Made by a program: the position numbers and the translations under genes. DNA of 60,170 bases from Octopus bimaculoides (lineage: Eukaryota), in NCBI RefSeq assembly GCF_001194135.2, contig NC_068982.1, positions 179,163,015 through 179,223,184 on the forward strand, in the 5' to 3' direction. This document shows, in pieces, positions 27,599-40,505 of this stretch. The first letter of the stretch is position 1. Each line of letters starts with the position of its first letter. Under the pieces are notes generated by a model, which worked only from the letters and a program-made list of their open reading frames with translations, was not told where the DNA came from and searched no databases.

Positions 27599-27692
27599 AT
27601 CGATTCCACGGCATTGGAACTCAGCGTAAAGACGAGGGAAATGCCGCCAAGGATTTTGTCTGGCGTGCTAACGATTCTGCTTGCTCGCCATT
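27599..27692 (-). mobile_element. SINE family B, 5' head only
   Basis: Reverse complement GGCGAGCAAGCAGAATCGTTAGCACGCCAGACAAAATCC..CTGAGTTCCAATGCC. Confidence 0.8.
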
Positions 27693-27694
27693 TT

Positions 27695-27912
27695 AATCCT
27701 TTCTACTATAGGCGAAACACCTGAAATGTTTTTCTTATGAAAAGCGGCTAATCAATTACTTCGATTCCAATGCATAACTGCTACTTAATTTATCGACCCC
27801 GATAGGACGAAAGGCAATGTCGACGCCGCTGGAATTTGAATTCTGAACATAAAGACGGACGAAATGCCGTTAAGCATTATACACGGCGTGCTAAGGTTTC
27901 TGCCGGCCTTCC
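27695..27912 (-). mobile_element. SINE family B
   Basis: Tail CCTTTCTACTATAGGC, central TTATCGACCCCGATAGGACGAAAGGCAATGTCGAC and head, all in reverse; followed by (AAT)n at 27918-27953. Confidence 0.82.
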
Positions 27913-27917
27913 ACCCA

Positions 27918-27954
<37 letters not shown>

Positions 27955-28139
27955 GCATGATACCGTAGGCAACAGGTAGCAAGCCCGCAATGCCTGCAAG
28001 ACTCCAGGAGTTCCAACAAAACCTGTGATACAAAGAACTACTATTACTACTACTACTACTACTACTACTAGCATTATACCTGGCGCGTTAACGTTCCTGC
28101 CGGCTCTCTCCCTTAACAATAACAACAACATTAATGAAA

Positions 28140-28358
28140 ATAATCCTTTCTACTAAAGGCACAAGGCCTAGAATTTGGTGGGTTGGCATTAGGCAATTAC
28201 ATCGACCCTATTATTTCACTCGTACTTAATTCATCGACCCCGAAAGCATAAAAGGCAAAGTGGATCTCGTCGGAATTTGAGCTCGGAACCTAGTGATGGG
28301 CGAAATACCGTTAATCATTTCGCCCGGCGTGCTAACGACTCTACTTGCTTATCGTCTT
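28140..28358 (-). mobile_element. SINE family B
   Basis: CCTTTCTACTAAAGGCACAAGGCC..CATCGACCCCGAAAGCATAAAAGGCAAAG..CCCGGCGTGCTAACGACTCT. Confidence 0.85.
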
Positions 28359-28389
28359 AATGATCATAATAAAAATAATGATAATAATA

Positions 28390-28650
28390 ATAACGTATAT
28401 AACTTCTGTATACTTTTCTCTAGTCCATTTGTTCTTCTTACATGCTTCTGTCTGTGGTGGCTGAGGTGGTGAACTTGGAAGGTTCGAGATGGGGCAGTTC
28501 CCGTTCAAGTGACCGTCTAGGTTCGTATTCAGAGATGCGTTTATGCCAATGGATGAATTTTCGACATCAGGTTGGCTCTCTCCTGGGGGGCACGCTTCCA
28601 GATTATTCATAGGACAAGCGATTTGGTGCACCGTTGTAGTTTTCCATTTT
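28390..28650 (-). mobile_element. R4/Dong-type LINE extreme N-terminal fragment ending at (TTA)n
   Basis: ORF 28631-28341 ends KKNKWTREKYTEVIY, resembling the KWT.E....VM N-terminal motif of the family, and then runs into (TTA)n. Confidence 0.45.
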
Positions 28651-29974
28651 GTTACGTAAAAGATTTTTGTGCTACATTAAAATTATTAACGTTGAAACCT
28701 GTGTGGCAGTTGAAGAGACGGTTATTATCTCTGTAACTACTGTCAACTCTGTCATTATAACCGTTACTATTTCGTCAGCAGTGTCCATCATTAGTTAGCG
28801 CCAATACTGTCGTGAGTTGTATCGTTGTGGCCAAACATTGTAGTCATGACAACATTGTAGCTGTTATCATTATTGTTATGAAGTGTTGGAGAATTTAGTT
28901 ATATCTACCAGCTTTACTCGTACTACTGTACAATATTGCTTAGTTTCGACATTAGCCTTGCTCTTCGAGATAATCATAAATACGTGAGGGCTGGGGATAA
29001 GAGGATAGTAGGAGGAAGAGAAACAGCTTGGTGATCACAGCCAAATACCACCAGTCTGTAAATAGCTTAAGCAGATGGTGACAAGGAGATCAACAATGGG
29101 GCCTCGCATTCCTTTGCTATCACCCCCACCTCAAAAAAAAACATGCGTTAAAATATGCGTTTACTACTATATATATANNNNNNNNNNNNNNNNNNNNNNN
29201 NNNNNNNNNNNNNNNNNNNNNNNNNTATATATACATAGACACATATATACATACACACACATGCACACGCACGCGCGCACCCCCTTCCACGCGCGCGCAC
29301 CCCACCCCCACACACTGATATTTACACTGCTGAATTTTCTTTTCTTTTTACACATTTTGCTGTGTGATTTACAGTTTTTCTAAATGTGCAGTTTGTAAAT
29401 ATTGACAATTGCTTTTTCAGTTTTGGAAAGTGTTTGGAGTAGCTACAAATTTTCCTGGTTATGAGAGTGGGATGTTTGCGTGTTGGAGATGCGAAAAGAA
29501 ATTAAAAGATTATGTACTCACAAAGCCACTTATTTTGAAATTGCTGCAGTTAGATAGCTGTAGGCGTTTAATAGTGTCCTTGCAATAAGAGTGATGTTTA
29601 CATCTTCGAATATAAATATTAAAGTTTTTAAAGATGATCATTTGTGTGTCCGACCAGAGAAAACTGTAATATTTTTGCAATAAAAGAGATGTTTACATAT
29701 TCGAGTAGTCAGGGAGAAAGGTTAAATATACACAGCAAATTGTAGATATTAAAGTTTTTAAAGTTTTTAAAAATGATCGTTTGTACGTCCGACCAGAAAT
29801 TTTAAATACTCACGAGGAATTCCAGCTTTTAAAAGTTATTTTACAGTTGTTCTGCTGGATTGTATTAGTATGTCTGTGTCTTTGTCTGCCGATTGGTCAG
29901 AGCAACAAAGAACACGTCAGTTACTAACAAGACTGTCAAAACAGACCAGCCTATACTGACACGTCCAGCTGCTA

Positions 29975-30560
29975 CCAACGCTGTACGTACAGACCGGACG
30001 ATCAAAGCTAACAAACCGGATATTATTGTGAAAGACCAAAACAATAAAATCTGTTTATTGATTGAAATGAGCATACCTTGTGATCGGCAAAAGAATTTGA
30101 TAAGCTCAGAAAATATAAAAATTTGCTGACTGAAATCGAAAAAAAATTGTGGCATCTCAAGACGGTTACAATACTAATGATTGTACGAGCACTTGAAATG
30201 ATCAAAAGAGGAACTGAAAATTATTTGAGGATGATCCCTGCCTTACCATCCATGCTGGAAGTGCAAAGAAATTGCCTTCATTGGTACGTCACATGTATTA
30301 AGAAGAACTTTGTCGCTATGAATTGAATTTTCTTTCCTTTTTCCCTTTTATTTCATTTGTTAGCTTTTTCATTTTTTCTTTCTTTCCTTTTTCTCTGTCT
30401 TTCTTCCCCTTCTTTTTCTATCACAAGGCTTTTTAAATGAACAAACTGCTTTGTTTATTTTGATGGTCTACCAATGTATGCAGTGAGTTTCTTTACCCTA
30501 GATGTTCGGAAGACACTCGGCAAGAAATGGAAACAAAATTGAAAGAAGACAATAATAATA
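29975..30560 (+). mobile_element. R4/Dong-type LINE 3' end (RLE domain plus 3' UTR), second subfamily
   Basis: VRTDRTIKANKPDIIVKDQNNKICLLIEMSIPCD (PD..D/E endonuclease core), LTEIEKKLWHLKTVTI..IVRAL and GTSHVLRRTL*. The UTR ends at AATAATAATAAT near 30549. Confidence 0.82.
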
Positions 30561-31249
30561 ATTATTATTATTATTATGGGAACGACATTATCATCAACAA
30601 CAACAATAGCAATAGCAACAAACGGAAAGTGCGTCCTTTGAACTTATTTCACAAGCAGTGCAAAACATTATACATGCAACACTCTTTAAAATCAGAAACT
30701 AGAGGTCAGGCACCCTAGCAAAATAGTGTCAGTCTAAATAAGCGGACGAGAGTTACTCCTCACGTCACGCGAAGAAAATAAAAAAAGAGCATAAGAGAAC
30801 ACGCGAGGATTATGTTTCTATCCTGCACGCTTATTTTGCAACAATACTCTACGCAGAAAATGAAAGTAAAACAGCCCATTCATTAGAGTCTGGAAGATAA
30901 ATAAGTCAGTTTGGATACATCGGTGAACTGCAATAAACTGGCTAGCATAAAGAGAAACAAAATACTACCCATAGAATACTTTAAAATAATATAAATAATG
31001 AAAATGTAAAACGCAAATATAGGCATAACCCGTGCAACCAATATGAAGTAAATAACGATATAGAACAAAGTCAATCGCTAGAATTGCTCAGCGAAGAACA
31101 AAATACACCAAACTAGAGTAACATAATCTATGAACGGGTAGGAATGTGTAGCAAACATTAGAAGGGGAAACAATGAAATCGGAAACTATGATTATGATAA
31201 TCTAAGACTAAGTATAGTCGAAGGATTAAAAGCCATAGGAGAACTTATT

Positions 31250-33335
31250 ATGGAGTATCGAATGCACTACCTTAAAATTAGACTTACTAATAAAAAAATA
31301 AATTTGGCTATCACACACGTGCAAAGAGGATACTCTCTGAAATCCACCCAAATAAAAGTATCAAAACATAAACAAACGGCGCAGTATCAAAACATAAACA
31401 AACGTATGTATGATCATTGGAGACAAAAGGGATTGTTTCAACTCACGGAATAGAGAGTATGTGATCAAGCTAGAGCAATAGGAAAATAGAAGTAGAGCTC
31501 GAAGCTATCAAAAGACGGGTCATGGAAAATAGCAGCAGAGAAAACGATGAAAATACAGTTCTTACTAACAAGAGTAATCTCATAGCACAGGAAAGGAGCA
31601 GTGGTAGTTTACTTGATGAGAGACATATAGATGATCTAAAAGAATGCGATAAAACTAATGGTGACATTGCAGATGAGTAAAAGGCAACCTACGTCAGAAT
31701 AAAGGCAAGACTACAGGAGAACGATAGTGACATTATTTGCAAACTTAAAAAGGTTGATCGATGGAAATTGAACCAAGAAACGAAAAATGTCAATGAAATT
31801 CTGAAATACATCAGAACAAACAACATCACAGAAACAAATAATTTGATCAAAGCAGCAAATATTGTTGTAGCAGAAGACGTGGGTGTTGATGTCAAGAAAA
31901 AGAAACATAATGAGAGTGACAAAAGAAAAGATGCCATGGAGGAAAAGATGAATACAGGCAGGTTTAGACATGCTCTCGAAGGAAATCTGTGTTAGACCGA
32001 AAAGAGAAAGGAGAGCTTAAAAGCGAACAAAAACACAGGGCGCTGAAAAGGAAGTATAATATTGAAAGAAAGGGCTTGAAAGTGGTGATGGAGGAACTGA
32101 AACAGCGCGTCGTCGCAGAGAAAGTAAAGATGGTGAGATACGACCAAAGAATGAAGGGTTACCGCCAGAATAGGTTATTCAGAGATCGGAAGAGATTCAA
32201 TAAAGAAACAAATGGAGAGTGCACAGATGAAATGGTGATACTAGATAACATTGAAAGTCAAAGGTTTTGGAGTGACATCTGGAGCAAAGACAATGATACT
32301 GAATGGTTTCAAGAACTGAAACAAACAGTAGTCTGTCCAAAACAGGCAGAACTAGTCATTTCAGTTAGGGAAGTGGAGAAAATGAGCAGCTTGAAGGACG
32401 GACCTGACACCATACGAAAGAAGTTAACGGACAGTAGAAATTAAGAGGGGCATCTTCCAAGGGGTTGCCTGTCGCAAATGATATTTAAACTGTGCTTGAT
32501 ATCACTAACATTGATTTTGAGGAAAGCAAAAGGTGGGCATGTATTCAAAAGCCGCGAACAAAACTCAAACATTTGTTATTAATGGATGACCTCAAGCTTT
32601 ATGGTAGATATGAAGCGCAAGTCAGTTCCTTCGTTTATACGGTGTATACGTTCCTTGCTGATATCAGAATGGAGTTCGGACTGAGAAACTGTGGTGTGTT
32701 AGTCTTGAAGAGAGGCAAAATCAAATGTATGGACGGACTAACGATACCATCGGGAGAGGTTATGAAACAGATAGAAGAGACGGGCTATAAGTAGTTGGGA
32801 ATATTAGAAATGGATAAATTGATGCAGAAAGAAATGACGGAAAAATTTAACGTGGAGTACTTGCGCAGACTGAGACTGATCCTTAAGTCGAAATTAAACG
32901 GACGGAATAAGATTGAAGCTATCAACACCTGGGCGGTTTCACTCCTTAGATATGGAGCAGGTGTGATTCGCATGGACAGTAGACGAACTAAACAGCTTAG
33001 ACAGAAGGACAAGGAAACTGATAACTAGATATGGGTCACTCCACCCCAAAGTGTCACTCCACCCCAAAGTGTCACAGACAGACTGTATGTACCAAGAAAA
33101 AGAGAGTGAAGGCAACTTATTGCTTCACAGCATTAAAGCAGAAGAAAATAACATAGTATGGTATGTAAAAAATGCCACAGCAGAGCTATTATTAGACGTA
33201 AGAAGGTCAGGCCTGTGTAGGATGAAAGATTGCAAAGATAAAGCACTATACAAGCAATTGAAAACGAATGAAACTGAAAATAGGTGGATAAAGAAAAGAA
33301 TGCATGAACAATTTCATAGGGATGTTGATGATAAG
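31250..33335 (+). mobile_element. R4/Dong-type LINE, N-terminus plus RT, internally deleted and 3' truncated
   Basis: RMYDHWRQKGLFQLTE*RVCDQARAI; LKRKYNIERKGLKVVMEELKQR..RYDQRMKGYRQNRLF; VEIKRGIFQG; LLLMDDLKLY; LILKSKLNGRNKIEAINTWAV. RT motifs between ~32400 and GIFQG are missing. 32745-33335 is colinear with 36306-36890. Confidence 0.9.
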
Positions 33336-34602
33336 ACTGACGGATTCGATCTCCATCACACCTTCAACCAGAGACTACAACTTCAATATACATCTAAACC
33401 ACAAGCTCAACCTACACAACTTCATGATACCACAGTATATCACTATGTTAACTTATATCATAAACTTAATGTCTCACCATCTTCAATATGCACTGCAAGT
33501 TAAAGGTACATAATGTCGTCTGCCTACACTATCTACACCTCAATTTTAATCACTATCACAACATCAAGGAATTTCGCAATTCAGCCTACATTTGTTAGGG
33601 AATAAATGTAGGGGTCACGTATTAAATCTATCGCTAACTCCGAAAGAATGTAGGATGGTTGAATCTGCTCATGGTCCCTGGAGGGGATATTTTCTTCCCT
33701 ATGAGTATTGGTGACATTATTAATATTTCCTTCGGTGTTATGGAAAGTCATTGTATGTGTAAAGAGTGTTTTTAAAGAGATGCAAGGTTTTATTTTTCGG
33801 AGTGGAATGGCTAAATTTATGGTGCAAACGTAGTAAATCGTATGTTTTATAAACGCCATTTTGAGATATTTGAAGAACAAACACATTAATCGGAACCACA
33901 TCAGATATTTCTCTTTAGCATTTCGAGAGAATGTGCAAGCAAGTTGTTTATCACTGTGTTGCCATTCCATTCTTTATTAAATATCAATGTCTCAGTAGTT
34001 TTAGGCGGCGATTTCACCCCCACTCATATTATTGTCATCTGCTTTAATCTACGTGGAATTGGAATACATTTTTCCTCAAGTAGATACTTGGCACTGAGGT
34101 TAATGGAAACAAAATGTGATGTATCTAGTAGCTCGTTAACTCAGCCAGCCATAGAGACAGTGTTGATTTCCATCAGTTTCTATTTCAATTATTTATATAC
34201 ACACCACACATTCACACATTACATACCTACATACAAATGCACACACACACATACATATATAGAGATTGTCTTGCATATAAGTTTAAACACATTGACATGA
34301 TTATTTGCGTGTATGAGTGTATGTATTAATTAACCATATGAATATCACACGGTATACATATTTATGTATACTATATCATACGGTGTTTTTACTCTAGCTA
34401 TTAATATGAGGCCATCAACCTTGTACTAAAAATTACGTCGATAAATATGCTAGTTACAATGTTGTTTATAATTATTATAAATAGTTTTTGCTCTACTCTT
34501 TAACAATTTAGTAGGCCAGAGTAAGCGATCTCTTTTGAAAATTATCAAAGATAAAACTAGTCAGTTTAACCCTCATACCAAGCTGCTCGTATAACGTTTA
34601 TA

Positions 34603-34609
34603 TATGTGT

Positions 34610-34658
<49 letters not shown>

Positions 34659-34795
34659 CGCGTGAGTGGGTTTGTGTGTGTGTGTATAAATCATATTCTA
34701 TGACATTAGAGCAGTTTGGTAACGGAAAATCGAATCGTCACACACACACTCACACACACACACACACATATGCACACACAAACGCATACACATAA
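34603..34795. repeat. (GT)n and (CA)n tracts
   Basis: Read directly from the sequence. Confidence 0.9.
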
Positions 34796-36104
34796 TATAC
34801 TGATTGTTACTGCTAAGTTCAGCAAAATAATGCACTCAATACTGTTGATAGTTATCAATATTCTAAATGCAGTATCTTATTTGCACATAGTATTCAATTT
34901 TTATACTAGGATATTTTCGTTCTTCCATGAAACTTGAGTAGCTTGTTACATATAAAAATCTGTGTGTAATATAACAACATACAGCTGTACTTGTAATTCA
35001 TGCCTATGTGTATTTATGGGTTTGTAATTATTCATCTGTGTGCATGTGTAAGCGCGCTGGATGTTATTTATATAAAACATTGAAATAATGGATAGAAGCA
35101 AAGCAAAATTTAATTCAGAAACAGAGGTTGAAAAGTGACTGAGATATAGAAATTAAATTTAACAGAAAAAGTACAAGGTAAAAGAGTGTAATTTGTAGGT
35201 GAGCATATTTTAATTTTATTCACAGATTGTCAGCCAAATGAACTATCTCCAATTGACTGTGCAAATGTAGAACAATCTATTAAAGAAGCGGTTATATTAA
35301 CTCAACCTCTGACATATTCATATGCTACGTGGGCGAGAGATTGCTTATATTCGTAATTATTAATCATCTAATCAAATTAAATACACAGACTAATCAGTCC
35401 ATTTCATATGATAATTGAATTAACCTCACTGTTGTAAGGAGCGCTTTCATATTAATGTGAGAAGTGATTACAGCTAGCTTTGTAATAGTTAAATGTTTCA
35501 GCAAAATTCGTAACGAATTCTTGGAGTTAATATTAGATATTTTATCATTAAATTTCGAAAGTAAATGGAGTCAGTCAGTCTTACAGCATAAACTTATGTA
35601 CTATTATAGGTCTTTCGGATGTTTTTAGTGTTATATATTGTAAGAATTCCTGTGCCGTGCAGTAAAGAACTTTAATATACAGTAGAATTATTGATAGCAT
35701 TTCAAAGCAATTGTTGCATTTGTTAGTGTCAAAATGATAAAAATACCAATACTAACTAGTTGATATATCAAAAATTTACTATATCATAGAATAAATAATA
35801 TTGTTGCTAACACTGTTAACAATATAATAAATCAAGTAGATTTCTAAAGTCCATGCATGATATCTTAAATAATTTTCATTTCCTAAGTTAATATAAAAAG
35901 TATTCCTTGCATAAGCAACCACATCTCTGTTTTGTTCATTTCATTGATAATTTTAAAATCGATCTCCAGTCAATGATATCAAACTGATCGATAATTGAAA
36001 CATTTGCCTTGCGTACAATATCACCTCCCACACAATCGAAATTATTTAAATATAGGCAGATTTGTTCGGGTTTGCTTCTTGAGTGTTGTAATATATGGTC
36101 ATAT

Positions 36105-37656
<1,552 letters not shown>

Positions 37657-37718
<62 letters not shown>
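37657..37718. repeat. (AAT)20 tract
   Basis: Read directly; right flank of the LINE insertion. Confidence 0.95.
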
Positions 37719-37720
<2 letters not shown>

Positions 37721-37870
37721 TCGGCAAATACCTTAGGAATGAGAACCCAGGTTCGAAATTTCCCCAAGATACCAGATGAAGGCTGGAGGGTATATCAGCC
37801 GAAATGTCGTGCTAGCAACAATCAGAATGAGGACAAATATCCGTCAAATGTAAATAATGTAAATAATGTA
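37719..37870 (+). mobile_element. SINE family C body and tail (split copy, 3' part)
   Basis: CATCGGCAAATACCTTAGGAATGAGAACCCAGGTTCGAAATTTCCCCAAG...GAGGACAAATATCCGTCAAATGTAAATAATG, homologous to the reverse complement of 40260-40417. Confidence 0.88.
37768..37813 (+). ncRNA. Minimal type-I hammerhead-like motif in SINE C (U4>A in this copy)
   Basis: GATAC CAGATGA A GGCTG[GAGGGTATAT]CAGCC GAAA T GTC | GTGCT. Confidence 0.6.
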
Positions 37871-38076
37871 TTTGGTCAAAGGCTTTCCATTTGTGATCAA
37901 CCAATCTTATTGCCAGATATTCCATTTCCAGGCATCATCAAGGAATACATAATTCAAATCTGTCCTTCTTTATCTAAAACAGAATTATTCTACTATCTAC
38001 AATAGTCTACTATTTCACTATCATTATCAAGTTGAATGACAACGTAGTTGGTATATTTCTCAGAGGAATAGATATA

Positions 38077-39297
38077 TCAGGTCATCCCATAAGTTCTGTC
38101 CGATTCTACCTGAATGAAATTTAATAGTATTTCAGAATGTCTAATGGAATTAAAAATTATTTTTATGCATTTGTGTACATTTTCAACTAATTAAATATTA
38201 TTTTACAGAATAATAGAATTAAAATTTCTTTGATAATAGAATTGAAATTTTCTTGTCTTTATAACATGGAAGTATCCAAAGAGCATTTAAGGTACAATGC
38301 TTTATGAGAACAAAAAATGCTTTATATGAAAGAATGCTTGAATGAAAGAACTTGCAGAAGATGGTTTGCAAAATTCAGAAGTGGAGATTTCAGTCATGAA
38401 GATGAAGATTGAACAGGACGTCCAGTTGAGTTTGATGATAAGCTCCTTGAGGAATTAATTGAAGAAAATCCTGCATTATCACTTTAAGAATTGACATTAA
38501 AGCTTAGTTCAAACCATACACCTGTTCATCGTCATCTTCAACAACTTGGAAAGGTTCCCAAACTTGAAAAATGGGTGCCTCATGAATTGTCCGAAAGCAA
38601 CTGTAAATTCCGTGATGTCATCTGCTCTTCTCCCTATTCTCGCGAACTGATTTCACCCTTTTTTGATAGGCTTGTGACTGGTAACGAAAAATGGATCTTC
38701 TGTCGAAATGTTAAACGTCGTAAACAGTGGCTTGGTAAAAGGGAAAAAGCTCAACCACAACCGAGAACGGAACTTCATGGGGAAAAGGTTCTTCTCTCTA
38801 TCTGGTGGGATTGCAAAGGTGTAATTCACTTTGAATTGTTACCACCTAATGCAACAATCAATGCTCAAGTCTACTGTCAGCAATAAGAGCGTTTGAACCA
38901 AGCTTTGAAGAGAAAAGACCCGTTTTAGTGACTCGAAAAGGAGTAATGTTTCATCAGGACAATGCGCAACCCCACACTGCAAAGATTGAAGAGCCTGGTT
39001 GGGAAAAAATTCCTCATCCAACTTATTTTCCCGACCTTGCTCCTTCAGACTGCCATTTCTTTCGTAGTTTACAGAATCATTTGGGGGACATAACTTTCGC
39101 AAGCCAGGAAGAGGTCGAAACAGAGATTTCAAAGTTCTTCGCTTTGAAACCAAAAGAGTTTTACATCGATAGGATTAAAAAGCTTGTAAATAGATAATCA
39201 GGGAAAGTACATTGATAATTAAATTTCAATTAAATATAACATTTAATCACTTGTTTTCTTTATTCAAAATTCGGACAGAACTTATGGGATGACCTGA
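38077..39297 (+). mobile_element. Mariner (DD34D) DNA transposon, full length (mariner-2)
   Basis: Perfect 27-bp TIRs TCAGGTCATCCCATAAGTTCTGTCCGA (38077-38103 and 39271-39297); TA TSD at 38075-38076 and 39298-39299; length 1221 bp. Confidence 0.96.
38266..39197 (+). pseudogene. Mariner transposase pseudogene
   Basis: MEVSKEHLR; WVPHELS; LVTGNEKWIF (first catalytic D>N); FHQDNAQPH; PHPTYFPDLAPSDCHFF. Frameshifts and stops present. Confidence 0.94.
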
Positions 39298-39354
39298 TAT
39301 GTTTAGAATATTCCAAACGTAGACAGTTTCTTTTTTTTTAATGTGTATATATAT

Positions 39355-39558
39355 ATTCTTTTATTGTTTTACTTGTTTCAGTCATCTGACTGCAGTCATG
39401 CTGGAGCACCGCCTTTAATCGAGCCCAGGACTTATTCTTTGTAAGCCTAGTGCTTATTCTATCGAACTCTTTTACCGAAACACGAAGTTACGGGGGCCTA
39501 AATACACCAGCACCGGTTGTCAAGCGAAGTGGGGAACAAACACAGACACACAAATACA

Positions 39559-39595
<37 letters not shown>

Positions 39596-39704
39596 GAGCC
39601 CGAGGCTATACTGGCAGACACTTGCCCAAGGTGCGACTCAGTGGGACTGAACCTGGAACTATGTGGTTGGTAAACAAGCTACTTACTACACAGCCACTCC
39701 TACG

Positions 39705-39707
<3 letters not shown>
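39355..39707 (-). mobile_element. tRNA-derived SINE family A (CORE-like), near full length with internal (GT)n
   Basis: Reverse complement: AGGCGTAGGAGTGGCTGTGTAGTAAG (A box), AGGTTCAGTCCC (B box), CACCTTGGGCAAGTGTC (CORE-like), (GT)n, tail GGCGGTGCTCCAGCATG..GACTGAAACAAGTAAAAC..AAAAGAAT. Confidence 0.9.
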
Positions 39708-39735
<28 letters not shown>

Positions 39736-40259
39736 NNNNNNNNNNNNNNNNNNNNNNNNNNNNNNNNNNNNNNNNNNNNNNNNNNNNNNNNNNNNNNNNN
39801 NNNNNNNNNNNNNNNNNNNNNNNNNNNNNNNNNNNNNNNNNNNNNNNNNNNNNNNNNNNNNNNNNNNNNNNNNNNNNNNNNNNNNNNNNNNNNNNNNNNN
39901 NNNNNNNNNNNNNNNNNNNNNNNNNNNNNNNNNNNNNNNNNNNNNNNNNNNNNNNNNNNNNNNNNNNNNNNNNNNNNNNNNNNNNNNNNNNNNNNNNNNN
40001 NNNNNNNNNNNNNNNNNNNNNNNNNNNNNNNNNNNNNNNNNNNNNNNNNNNNNNNNNNNNNNNNNNNNNNNNNNNNNNNNNNNNNNNNNNNNNNNNNNNN
40101 NNNNNNNNNNNNNNNNNNNNNNNNNNNNNNNNNNNNNNNNNNNNNNNNNNNNNNNNNNNNNNNNNNNNNNNNNNNNNNNNNNNNNNNNNNNNNNNNNAAC
40201 TACATATCTGGATGTTCATTAATTAAAGATTTAAAGAATTTCAAACTTAATGTAGTATA

Positions 40260-40505
40260 TTATTTACGTTGTTTATCGTATTTACATTTGACGGATATTT
40301 GTCCTCATCTTGTTTGTTGTCAACAACAACGTTTCAGCTGATATACCCTCCAGCCTTCACCAGGTGTCTTGGGGAAATTTCGAACCTGAGTTCTTATTCC
40401 TAAGGTATTTTTCCATGTTATTATTATTATTTAGGTCACTGCCTGGAATCGAACTCGGAATCTTGGGGTTAGTAGCCGGCGCTGTTAACCACTAAGCTAT
40501 GTGCT
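40260..40505 (-). mobile_element. SINE family C, uninterrupted copy: tRNA head - (AAT)4 - hammerhead-like body - tail
   Basis: Reverse complement GAGCACATAGCTTAGTGGTTAACAGCGCCGGCTACTAACCCCAAGATTCCGAGTTCGATTCCAGGCAGTGACCT-AAATAATAATAATAA-CATGGAAAAATACC...; no TTTT on the sense strand inside the element. Confidence 0.88.
40322..40368 (-). ncRNA. Minimal type-I hammerhead-like motif in SINE C (A6>G in this copy)
   Basis: GACAC CTGGTGA A GGCTG[GAGGGTATAT]CAGCT GAAA C GTT | GTTGTT. Confidence 0.6.

Noticed and set aside
33035-33070. 18-bp tandem duplication in the LINE; also a 22-bp duplication at 31357-31404 and an imperfect ~90-bp duplication at 29580-29797
   Set aside because: Real, but ordinary slippage-type mutations in neutral DNA.
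33581-33970. 129-aa minus-strand ORF; also 26787-27035
   Set aside because: No domain resemblance and no supporting splice or homology evidence.
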